From contig NW_026855828.1 in NCBI RefSeq assembly GCF_026571515.1, positions 248,001 to 312,000 of the forward strand: a DNA stretch of 64,000 nt, given 5' to 3'. The notes beneath the pieces are model-generated. The model had not been told where the DNA came from and did no database searches. It saw only the letters and a list, made by a program, of their open reading frames with translations. A program made the position numbers and the translations under genes. The stretch's first letter is position 1, and each line of letters opens with the position of its first letter. This DNA is from Ruditapes philippinarum. Taxonomy: Eukaryota. Below are positions 53,331 to 64,000 of this stretch, in pieces.

Positions 53331-55385
53331 TCAAGTCAAGTCAAGTAAATTTTATTTTTAAGTCGGATACATCAACAATAAACATAAGCTCTGATGAGCT
53401 TTTTACACCGACTACAATAATATAATACACATGTTTAAGATATGATAAAAGAAGAGAATGGTTATAATAAATAAGACAAATAGCATTGCACTAACAAATA
53501 GAGAAGACAAACAGCATTGCACTAGCAAAAAGTAAGAAGTAATACATATTAAGATCTACTACAAAATATCCATTAAGATACATACTTAAGGTTAAGATCT
53601 ACTAAAATATATCCATTAAGATACATACTAAACGTTAAGATCTACTAAAAATATCCATTAAGATGCATACTAAAGGTTAAGATTCACATTACAGCCTATA
53701 TAAAACACACAAGTATTTAGGCAGAGAAACATCAAGCATACATGTACACAGTAAGATGCATAGACACACTGACTTCTATAAAAAGAGCAAATTATATATA
53801 AATGAATAAAGCATGGTTAGGACTTAGCAATAGAATGACAAAAGGTGGTTAAGATATGCATAATGAACAACAACCCTGACATTAATATACACACAAACAT
53901 TCAAGTATACATGTATATTAAAAATGATACATAGCACATAAAGAAAATTGAAATAAATCTATCACAATTAAAGCACACAAAAGCACCTGATACAAGGTAA
54001 TTAAAACAAGCACAGTGATGAGACAAATACATAGCAAAAGTAACTAAAAACTTGAAACATCCAGCTTGTCGCTGCCAAAATTTTGGTTTTTGATAATGTA
54101 CATGTATTATGTGATGTTACATGATGTACAGGAGCCATTCTCCCCTTGCCAAGTATTTATCAGTGATCTAAAAAGGTTAAAAGATGAAGTTTGTCTAAAA
54201 TTATCTGCACCCAATTGTATAAACGTTGGTTAAATTAACCCTGGGTTAAACGCTAACCCTGGGTTAAATTTAACCAACTTTGGTTAACTAACCAATTTGG
54301 TTAGTCACTTGTATAAACCGAGATAACCAAAAGGTTAACTAACCAAAATGGTTAAAATTAACCGCTGGTTAAACTAACCAATACTAGTCCCGACATGCAA
54401 TAAATTCTATATCCGGTTATGTCATTTTCGCGGAATATGTCAAAATTGACACATGGTTTAGCTTCCATTTTTATTACAATCGAAAATTTTGATAGTAGAG
54501 TTAAAATCGGTTCAAGTTTAAATGAAGATGTTAATTGTCACCACCCTAATTACATATCATCATTAAACAAATGCACAAAATATAACTTTTACGTAGGATG
54601 AACTTGTTTATGACCTTGGAACTGGTGTTTAGGTATCAAGTATACCACGAATAACTTGTATGGTTGCTATATATGGGCTTTGTTTACAAATTAAAATGTA
54701 CTGCAAATACGTGGGTTAATTTAACCAGAAATTTACCCTGGTTAAATTTAACCAAAATTTTATACAATTGGTTAACCAAAGTTTAACCCAAAAGTTAACC
54801 AAACCATGGATTTAACCCAGTGGTTAAAGTTAACCAACGTTTATACAATTGGGTGCTGGAAGTTGATTCCAAAGTTTGGCAGCGGCATACCGGAAAGATT
54901 TCTTACCGTATCTATCAGTTCTTGGTAAAGGTACCTCAACAATATTAGTGTGATGTAGTAAATCATTTAAATAAACAGGAGATATATTATTTAGAATGTT
55001 TATGTTTCTAAAGCAATTGCTCTTAACCTCCTAACCTTCAAACAAATAAGGCCGGACTTCTCAAGTAGTTGATCATAGTTACTGTTAAAATCATCATAAA
55101 TAACTCTTGAAGCTCTTTCCTGAATTTTTCTATTTTCCTAGTGTTTGATTCATTTGTAAAATTCCAAGTAAAAGGACAATAATTAAAATTTGACATAACA
55201 AAAGAGTAGTATATTGTGAGTCTGCTTAATCTATTAAGATGTTTGCCAATTCTCTTTAGTACATTCAGTTGTTTAGAGGCTTTTCTACAAATATTTTACA
55301 CATGTGAATTAAAATTTAACATAAAATCTAAGTTTACACCAAACAGCTTTACTTCATCATCACAGGATATTTCTATATTTTTGAA
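53331..55385 (-). mobile_element. 5'-truncated CR1/L2-group LINE (ORF2 C-terminus plus 3'UTR), interrupted by a MITE
   Basis: The reverse strand translates VKLFGVNLDFMLNFNSHV*NICRKASKQLNVLKRI...SNFNYCPFTW...IQERA...YGKKSFRYAAAKLWNQLPDNFR. It ends in AATAAA plus a (CTTGA)n tail. Confidence 0.85.
54208..54855. mobile_element. PIF/Harbinger-like MITE
   Basis: TIR CACCCAATTGTATAAACGTTGGTTAA and 3-bp TSD CTG (CWG). Removing it restores the LINE frame LWNQLPDNF. TTAACC-rich interior. Confidence 0.88.
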
Positions 55386-55479
55386 TTTAAAATTAATTTT
55401 CATTATACCACTTCAGTAAATATCTTTAATGATTTAATTCTTCATATAATTATTAAGGACAAACGTTGTTTTTCTTTTT

Positions 55480-55971
55480 AATAAATAGCAAATTGCCAGT
55501 AGAAACCGGAAGTTGGAATTACATCGAACTTAACAGGCGTGTCTGTACACTGTGTGATAGATCAATTAGTGATGAATTTCATTATATTTTTGAGTGTCCG
55601 TGTTTTGATAACAGCAGGAAACGTTTTTGGAAACCTAACTATTAAAAGAAACATAATATACATTCTATTGATCTTCTTATGAACACTGATGTTAACCTTC
55701 AAGATTACAAAAAAACTTTGTTTATTTATTAAAGAAATTATATTAAGATTCAAATGAGACAAAAATTGTATAAATTTAATGTTGTGAAGAACCCTATAGA
55801 AGTATTTGTTGTAATATTGACTCTCCCGCAATATTTATGTTAACAATTTATATATCATGTTATTTTGATACTGTTTGATTCTGAAGCCTCATTTATTATG
55901 TACATGTAATTGTATTATTACCTCATGTTGTCATGTTTGCATGATCTGAGTGAATAAATGAATTGAATTGA
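55480..55971 (+). mobile_element. 5'-truncated RTE-X-like LINE 3' end
   Basis: Translates KLPVETGSWNYIELNRRVCTLCDRSISDEFHYIFECPCF (CCHC knuckle). Ends in AATAAA plus an (ATTGA)n tail. Confidence 0.75.
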
Positions 55972-56500
55972 AGACTTACAGTACGTATGTATTTTCGGCT
56001 CAAACTGCACGTTTTTAAATATTTTTTTGGTGCTGAAAATTTAATGCGCTGTAAAATCATTAAAAAATGTATAAATTTAATATATAATTAACGTAATTAT
56101 TAAACAGATAAATTAAATGCACTATTTAAAAAATAAATCTTATTTTCGTAGCCACGATCTTATTTTCAATCTATACCGCAAATCTGCACTGAGGATAAGT
56201 CCATTTTGTCATGATATAATTTTTCAAAACATTATAAGTTGAAAATTGTCCATTTGAATATAAAAATTACATTAACTATAGTTTACTAATTGTGATTTAT
56301 AAACGTACAAGGTGTATACTAAAAATCTCTGTTACGCAGACAAAATGTCCATTTCGCCTGCACACAATCCTTTACATCATCTGAATTGCAGAATTGCTAT
56401 ACGATTAAGGTTTTTATACTGGTTTCTTTTATTTATTTATTTATTTGTTTATTTATTTATTCAAATAACCTTAATTTTAATCAATATCTTATATTAGTAT

Positions 56501-57129
56501 TTAATACACTTGTTACTATATATAGTAACAAAATCGCCTATGATTTCAACTGATTATGAGTGTCACGTGACCTATTATGAGTTTGCGGCCCAGGGCCGAG
56601 AACTAGTTATCAGCCCGCTGAACATGTGCACGTGCACAAACTGAAACAATGACGTCATATTTTACGTCATCAAACAGTTAACTGTAAAAGTGAAAGTAGG
56701 TTTTAAGCACGAATCGCTTGATTTTATTATGAGACTTTAAACGTGAAATTTAAAGAAATAATACGGCAAATTTATTCCAAAAAAAAAATGAAAATACAAT
56801 AAGCTTCAAGATTCTACAGTAGTGCACTTTGAACATACAAAAAGTAAACAACTCTGTAAAAGTTACTGAACAGTACAGTACAGTAGAAATGCAGACAGGA
56901 ATTTAAACGAAAGAAATTTAAATGTAGATCTATTTCTTTGTTAGAAAAAAAATGCTACTATTAGATTTACCAAGTGTATTAAAGACATTAGTACACGGCA
57001 GAGTAGGGCCTGAAGGTGATAATCGGCCCTGACATGAATAATGCCCTCGGGCTGAAGCCCTCGGGGCCATTATTCATTTTGCGGGCCGATTATTACATTC
57101 CGGCCCTACTCTACCGTGTATTAATCTCT
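56501..57129. mobile_element. Non-autonomous element with an internal joined-ends site and a long 3' hairpin (possibly Crypton-like)
   Basis: Left end TTAATACACTTG; internal CAAGTGTATTAA-AGACA-TTAGTACACGG; palindrome of about 137 bp ending CCGTGTATTAA. TTAGTAT direct repeat at 56494 and 57129. Confidence 0.65.
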
Positions 57130-57573
57130 TAGTATATGTTGCTAAAATTATCTCCGTTGTGCTATGAAATGCCCATTTCGCCAGGCATATAACCCTCCAG
57201 TGCAATTAAACATATACAATTTTTGAAATGTTTTAAAACTAACTTACTCACTAGTGCTAAACAATCATTTTACATGCTCAAATGTAACATAATGGCTCAA
57301 ATTAAGGCGCTGTCTCGTTTTTTTCCCTAAAATAATATCTCCGTTGCGCCCGTTGCGTCCATTGCGCCAAAATATCTCCATTGCGTATTTTAGTGGTACC
57401 TTGGCAAGTATCAATCGCACCTTCTCGGCTCTTTCAAAATAATAACCGAGATATTCCGATTGGCCGGGATTGGTTCCTTGCGTGACCCTAATAGACATTA
57501 TGTTTCCTACACAATAGGGGTAACCAGAGGACATGTGCACGGATTTTGCAATTTGGGATGCAAAGTTATTGCA

Positions 57574-60500
57574 ATGATTAAGCATTTTGCACGAAGATGG
57601 AACCAATATAAATACAGATTTGTACCGTGGCTAGCTTCAAATATAAACGAAAGGTTGCTTTTCACTTTTCTTTCCGTGCAAAATTTGCACATTAATGCAG
57701 ATTTTAGTGAAAGTTAGGAACAATTCGTCCATAATCAATTTCGTACCCACATCCTGATACATTTTGTTGATTGTTTTTTGGTTTTTGTTCACTTTTTGTT
57801 GATTTTTGTGTCGCCTCTACGGAGTAGTGGCGACATATAGGGATCACTTCTCCGTCGTCTGTCTGTCCGTCTGTCTGTCCGTCCGTCACAAAACTTGTCC
57901 GGACTAATCCTCATAAACTACTGGTGAAATTTCATCCAAACTTTACAGGAATGATCAGTACCAAGTCTAGTTGTGCATATTGTCAGCATTTTCCGGTTCA
58001 ATGATTTTTGTCAGAGTTATGGCCCTTTAATAATTTTTATTTTTAAAGTTTGCAGTGTCTATTCTAGGAATTGAAAAATAGGGGTGATTTTCCCCCCTCT
58101 ATTTCAAAAAAGGGGGCGATTTTCAAAATCAAAGGGTGCCAATATAAACTGCCAATGTTAAATCGTCTGCATTAAGTTTACACTGAGGCGTTCAACCGAG
58201 GCAGCAGAAATTGTCCCCCCTTAATTTTTAAATGAAAACAAATTATTACAGAACTGCCGCGATTGATTATAAAGGGATTGGCAATACAAATAATCGAACT
58301 ATCTTTCACGTCTAGATCGTAGCCAAGCTAGGAATTGCCTCATTTTTCTTGATTATTTACTACACTAAAATGGCGCCCAACTGTCAGACCTAGCACACTA
58401 GTTCCGGTCGATACGGAACATTCCGTTAATTTCCGTCAACTCACGTAACCAGTACCATACGGTACTAAATTATTATAATTAGCTTACAGTTACCTCCCTT
58501 CGGTTTTCGGTGTAAATGTAAACAAAACAACCAAATATAATGCGGGATGGAAGTTTTACGGTTTTTAGGGCTGTGCATTGCTTTTTTTTTCTGTCACGAT
58601 ACGTATCACGATATTTGTTTTTCAAAACGATGCGATTCACGATATGTATTGCATACTTTGAAGAAATGCGATGCATATTGCGATTCTTATGTTGCTATGC
58701 GATACGTATCACGATACTGACTTTCAGACTTGGTGTATAAAAATTTGGCCATTTGTTTACAGCATAGTTATGAATATTATACAAAACTATTACAATAACA
58801 AAAAAATAAACTCTTTATCTTGTTGTTACAACTTGGTAGCCTGGGTTCCAGTCTGTCGATTTTTTATGTGCTTCTGTTCGGCAAATCGACAGCCCGGGGA
58901 AATACAATTTTCGATCGAAGCGCCACCTAGTATACACCCCGAAAATTACGGGTGTTATTAAAGAACGATAACTCATGCAACAGCAAACTAGTTTCTAAAA
59001 ATAGAAACGGAATTTCCACGGAGTGACCCAAAGCTCAACGAACAGTTACGGAGCCTCGCTTTCAAAACACCATTTCCGATTAAAAACTAACACTCGTTGA
59101 CAAAGTTTATTGCATGATAAGTGAATTTGATCAACAGGTGTGATTAGTTAAAGTAGATAAAGTGTGTGAGCATCAAATAATTGTGCTGGACTCAATTTGT
59201 AATGGTAAATGGCGTCAAATTTTCAACATTTATCATCTTCGCCTCGATTTCGATTTAGTCATGTTATTTGTTGGTCACGTGCTAATCGGTCTATTAATAG
59301 GATTATCATTAGTCGATAATTACATGGGAAACCCCGCAGGTTTCCCCAGGCGTTGATACTATCAAAACCAGAGATGTTGTGTTATCTATGACGATCGAGT
59401 ATGAAATAGCGCGTAAGTTATGAATAAATAAAAAATATCAACGCCTGAATCCCAGGCTAACAACTTGGTTTCCGATTTTGATCTTTTAACAATTTACTTT
59501 TCTGATTACTTAAGGATTAAAGGTATTGTTAATTATACCAAAACAGCAAACTGATATCTACTATTCTAACACTAAAGTCCACTACTGTAAATATGGCAGT
59601 TTAACATTTCAGTTTTACAATACACCACTAAAGATTTTCATTGTGAAAAAAAATAGTAACAAAAAATAGTAACAAGTGGTTAACAAATAGGTCAACAACT
59701 TTGAAAATAACAGTTTATCCGTTTCACTCTCAGTTTTCTCGAAAGATTTGTGCTCAACCCCAGAGTATAATTGTTTTTTTTTGAGTTTGCAAATTTTGCA
59801 AACACTCGACGTCCGGTCTTCCACATTATACAACACTGTCTATAATGTTCCCAAAACTCGTGAATTATATGACAAGGGAGGATTAACTATAGTTTCCCCT
59901 TCTAATTTTTTTGCAGTCTACATGTTTTCTGTTTGTTTGTTTTGTTGTTTTTTTTACGGGAAAATGATGACAACGGAAATGAAAGTATAAATACGTGACG
60001 AATATCACATGGGAATGTTGTCATCATCACTATTTTAATCCGACATCAAGTGCGACTAAATAAAATTACAAATTCATGTTTGTAGGTTGTTTTTTCTTGA
60101 AAACGCATAGATCTCTAATTGTTTTTTAATTATAAACAAGTTCAAAGAACACCAGCCCATTTATATGGAATTGATAAAACTTGGTTAGTTACCGTTAAAT
60201 GATTGCGGACATGGGGAAACGAGATGACAACGATGATATGATAATAGTCGCGCTTGTTCATTGTTTTCATCCAAGCCTGTTTTCTTTCTTCAGTCTTTCA
60301 AAAAAGACGTTTGTCCTTATATTCCTAGATATTGTTAGTGTATTGCGATACGTTCCCGCTATATCGATACATCGGGAGATGAAATTTGTATTGCATCGCA
60401 ATATATTGGAATTTGTAATTTTATTACGATGCATACATCGAGGACAGGGCAGATCGCGATGCATCGATGAATCGTTACACCTCTAACGGTTTTATTAACT

Positions 60501-63500
60501 TTTTTATAGATGCGCAATTTTCACGCACATGATTTTGAATTGTGCGCGATCTGTTAAATACTAGCGTGAATCGCGCAATTGCGCGTCCCAGAATAGACAC
60601 TGAGTTTGTCCGGACTACTTCTCTTATACCACTAATGCAATTTCAATGAAACTTTACAGGATTGATCTGTAGCTCAAGTCCTTGCGCATATTGCACGGGT
60701 TTTCCGGTTGAATGATTTTTGGCCCTTTGATAAAAAGGTGTTTTTTTCTGTGTGTCGCCAGATACACAAAAGCTTGTCCGGACTACTCATAAACTACTGG
60801 TGCAATTTTATCCAAACTTTCCTGGAATGATCAGTACCAAGTCTAGTTGTGCACTGTCCGTCTGTCTGTCCGTCTGTCACAAAATTTGTCCCAACATGAA
60901 ATTGGCCATCATGAGGCGACACATGTGATTACTGATCGCTCTTGTTTTTTATCACAGTTAAATTGAAGTTGTTGTGAGTTCTAATAGCAGATATACACTA
61001 GATATTTAAAAGAACCAAGGGATCTATTCAAGAAGAGATAGGGACTGGTTCCCAGATTCCCTTGTATCTCATAGCTGTCTCTCAATTCAATTTATACCTG
61101 CTTAGTGTAATCGTAAAAGATTTTGAAGCAGTATTATCATGATGTAGATGAAGTCTTGTCAGATGTATACTTAGTTCCTACATGTATGATATCACAGGTT
61201 CTATGATATCACAGTATTTACTTTTTCTGTGAGTGCATGAACGAACACTTAGGGTGTGACACTTAGGGTGTGGAGCTCAAAACACCTTTAAAATCCAAAT
61301 GAAATGTGTATTTGTCTATCCCAGCACATGTACTGATTATATATATCAAAAAAACTAAATATAAGCAGTTTTGAAAAAAAAACCATATTTCAATGTCTAT
61401 AATAATACACAAGTTGAAAATGTTCGCCCGAAAAAATCCGCACACCTACAGACAAAATCACCATGTAGATGTATTTTATTTGATTTCCAATATTTTCACA
61501 TAATCCGTTTTGTCTATCAACACAGAAGATACTATTCTCCACGATGATGGTCAATTTTAAACTTCAAGATCAATATAAACACAGGCTTTGCAAAAGTTGC
61601 TGGACCGTCGGACATGTCCGGCAAAAATCAGGCAGACCGATATTTTTTTCAGAGTTCCGGACCTTATGTCCGGTACGAATACCGATATATCCAAGACCGA
61701 TCAAGACCGAGTTTTCTCCCTTAAAAAAATGTAAAAACGAGTTTTGATTCGCCGTTTCTTATAAGTGTCCAATCAAATTCAAGATACATACGACTTTCAA
61801 TGACCTTGTACTCGGAAGAAAATATCGGTGTTACTGAATTATTACGATGGCACTTACTCTATTGACATGCTGTTTGATAAGGACTCTGATTATGATGATG
61901 GTGATTTTGATCATGAATGTTTCGATTTCCAGACAGAGTCCATCAATCTGGATAAACTGATGTTTTATTTAAGAGAATAAAATTGTGTTGCAAATCTTTA
62001 AAAGTTGCTATCATATGTCTTTAAAAAAAACACAAAGGTATTACCATATACATATATTTGGAAAAATAATTCGGTCAGACACAAGTTCTTTCGGTCACAC
62101 AAGAATTGAAAGTTTGTCTGACCGAATGTCAGGCAACTTTTTCAGCAGTTTTGCGAAGCCTGTAAACAACACAAATAATGAAATAAATATCAAGATTATT
62201 GCCAGTTTACTCAATCCATTTAAAAAACCTTATGACAAATACACAATTGGTTCCCCAGCTTTACTTTATTGGAATGTTCCGCGCTTTGAATATGGGAATC
62301 AACATATTACTGAATGGCTCTGACTATTGCCAGACTGGTTTTCATCTTCAAGGGCTGCGCATTCCAATACGGCAAAGCTTGGGAGCAGATTGTGTGTTTG
62401 TCAAAAGATTCATATAAATATATGATTAAACTTCATGTCAGAGAAATTCATTGAATAGTTGCAAGAAATTAATGATTTTAAGGTTTGTGCTTTCTGGGGC
62501 ATGTGTGTTTACCAATTGTCTTGATTACTGTACTCTAATTAAAAACACAAAAGACACATCAACAAACCAGTATACTGGAAAGGCTTGTATATTTGGAATT
62601 TTATATGCACAAGAGATGTGCTTAAGACACCATCATTATTATTTATTGGGTACTACTTTGTTTTTCATGAACATATCATACCATGAATATAAGAACCAAA
62701 GAAATATTTTGTCCTCTTTAAGATTATTGTGCATTATAATTTCATTTACATTATAAGGCCTAAAAAAAAAATTGTTGTGTTTCTGGTGGCGAGGCCAAAA
62801 AAAGTAGGGTCGGTAGGTAGGATTTTCTTTTTTTTTTCAGTCAATCAACGATTGTAGATATGTCAGATACGGATTATATGGACTTTGAATTATATTCTAT
62901 AGCATATAAAAGTACTTAAAAATGTTAGACTACCAAACCTAGACTTCAATCTTATATTTGGAAATAAATTTTACCAATGGCATGACTCGACTTTCTTTTT
63001 CATTTTTTTTATTCTTACCGAACAACTGGCTTCAATTTTAATATTATCACTCTTAAAATGACCATGCACGTCCGAAAAATGTTTTGAGCTGTTTTGCTGT
63101 GGTCAATTAATTTGAATTCCTGTTTTGCCAAACTATGATTGTATTTTTAAAGAAAATCGCCAGCAGTGACACTTCGGCTGCTTGTTGTGCCGCCATATTT
63201 GCCGGTGCGCGTTAATACGTAATTTGAACACGAATCGTCTGTGCCTCACATCGTTGTCGACTCGCAATACTAAAACCCGTCTTAGGTACGGTCGGCACGG
63301 GCGCCATTTTTTTTTGTACATCGATAAAAAACTTTGGGTCGGCGCTAAAAAATAGGGTCGGTCGGGCCACCGGAAACACAACATTTTTTTTTTTAGGCCT
63401 AAGCATTTTACTTTTTGCACAAATAGATAATCCACTAATTTAAGAACATTAGAGAACATCGTCACAAGACATTAAGAAAATGCCCTTTGTGACAAAAACA

Positions 63501-63880
63501 CAAAATTTCATCATATCATGCCTACAAAATTAAGTGAACTCACAGCAAGTTTATACTCTATTTTTGAGTCAGTTACTAAATATTTCATCAACATTGCTTT
63601 TTTTTCAGTTCACCAAGAATAGTACCATCATCTAAGGAAGACAAAATCATATCAGATGAAGATGTTGAGGATTGTTTACTGTTACTATTCACTGCCTTTC
63701 ACAAAAATAGAAAAGAGAAGGAATCATTGGAGTCCAGATATAGTGAATGCAGCAAGCTAATGCATGATGTGTGCGGGTTTTCTATTGAGAGGCAGAAAAG
63801 TTTGCTTGAGAATGGAGGTAGAGGAGTCTTTGTGGCAAGTGGACAAGTACAATGTGGAAGCGTTGTAGCTATGTATCCAG
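57574..63880 (+). CDS. SETD9: SET domain-containing protein 9 (C5orf35-like); exons 1-2 only, continues beyond the window
   Basis: Exon 1 (57574-57653) reads MIKHFARRWNQYKYRFVPWLASNINE. Exon 2 (63609-63880) reads SPRIVPSSKEDKIISDEDV...VCGFSIERQKSLLENGGRGVFVASGQVQCGSVVAMYP(G). These match the SETD9 motifs YKYRFVPW, DKVISDEDV and GKGVFV...VVSMYPG. Confidence 0.9.
58566..60485. mobile_element. hAT MITE
   Basis: Ends TAGGGCTGTG / TACACCTCTA, perfect 8-bp TSD ACGGTTTT, CGATAC/ATCG subterminal repeats. Confidence 0.85.
58837..59459. mobile_element. Non-autonomous DNA transposon with a 9-bp TSD (AcademH-like termini)
   Basis: TIR TAGCCTGGG / CCCAGGCTA and perfect 9-bp TSD ACAACTTGG. Confidence 0.82.
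61582..62162. mobile_element. hAT-like MITE with a 6-bp TSD
   Basis: TIR CAGGCTTTGCAAAAGTTGCTG / CAGCAGTTTTGCGAAGCCTG with flanking TAAACA on both sides. Confidence 0.8.
62757..63399. mobile_element. PIF/Harbinger-like MITE
   Basis: TAA|GGCCTAAAAAAAAAAATTGTTGTGTTTC ... GAAACACAACATTTTTTTTTTTAGGCC|TAA. Confidence 0.8.
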
Positions 63881-64000
63881 GTTAGTTAATTTTACACAGA
63901 ATTTATTTTAGTTTGATTGTGCGTGAAGCTTGTAGACATTCTTTATTCCGTTATTGGACCAAACAGTACTGAGCAATGAGTGTAAAGTTTCATGTACCTG

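Larger units (their letters stand above)
52568..57400. mobile_element. 4.8-kb non-autonomous TIR DNA transposon, with nested insertions, between LAS1L and SETD9
   Basis: TIR GGTACCACTAAAATACGCAATGGAGAT.TTTTGGCGCAA at both ends, with the first 27 bp perfect. Recurrent internal TCTCC.TTGCG motifs. No transposase ORF. Confidence 0.88.
58053..60602. mobile_element. hAT-like non-autonomous element with a 6-bp TSD
   Basis: TIR CAGTGTCTATTCT / AGAATAGACACTG with flanking AGTTTG on both sides. Confidence 0.82.
57805..60945 (+). mobile_element. HINE split by nested DNA transposons
   Basis: 5' TGTGTCGCC...GGCGACA palindrome plus (GTCT/GTCC)n. 3' GAGGCGACACA followed by hairpin and TCTTGTTT. Confidence 0.8.

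Noticed and set aside
53385-53402. CTGATGA hammerhead-ribozyme-like core
   Set aside because: No stem II followed by GAAA. It is the AAGCTC/GAGCTT stem-loop near the LINE 3' end.
57265-57606. 113-aa minus-strand ORF, and other short ORFs inside repeats
   Set aside because: It crosses a transposon TIR boundary and has no recognisable motif. The short AT-rich ORFs are at the level expected by chance.
61249-61272. TTAGGG telomere-like motifs
   Set aside because: Only two copies, produced by a 14-bp local duplication. This is not an interstitial telomeric array.

Overview
AT-rich, intron-rich animal genomic DNA, probably from a bivalve mollusc (inferred from the repeat content: Helentron-associated HINE/pearl-like elements, tRNA-derived SINEs, CR1-group and RTE-X LINEs). 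Six conserved genes were reconstructed by hand from splice sites. They form three head-to-head pairs: TBC1D2-like (-, first three exons only) / EIF2B2 (+, 12 exons, 354 aa); ZNF367 (-, 4 exons, 370 aa) / SERBP1 (+, 7 exons, about 380 aa); LAS1L (-, intronless, 508 aa) / SETD9 (+, first two exons only). Introns and spacers hold many non-autonomous DNA transposons, most with readable TIRs and TSDs. Best observations: (1) a 4.8-kb TIR element splits the roughly 250-bp LAS1L/SETD9 bidirectional promoter, and its empty site would be an 18-bp palindrome; (2) inside it, two different LINE 3' ends point outward and share one apparent TSD; (3) two sequence-unrelated elements share a layout of an internal joined-ends site plus a long terminal hairpin; (4) SETD9 intron 1 has a four-level transposon nest; (5) SERBP1 has a candidate cassette/poison microexon and a candidate H/ACA-like RNA; (6) a HINE-borne 167-bp array shows dimeric higher-order structure. 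No prokaryotic-type system (CRISPR, operon) is present. All family assignments come from motif recognition, not database searches.
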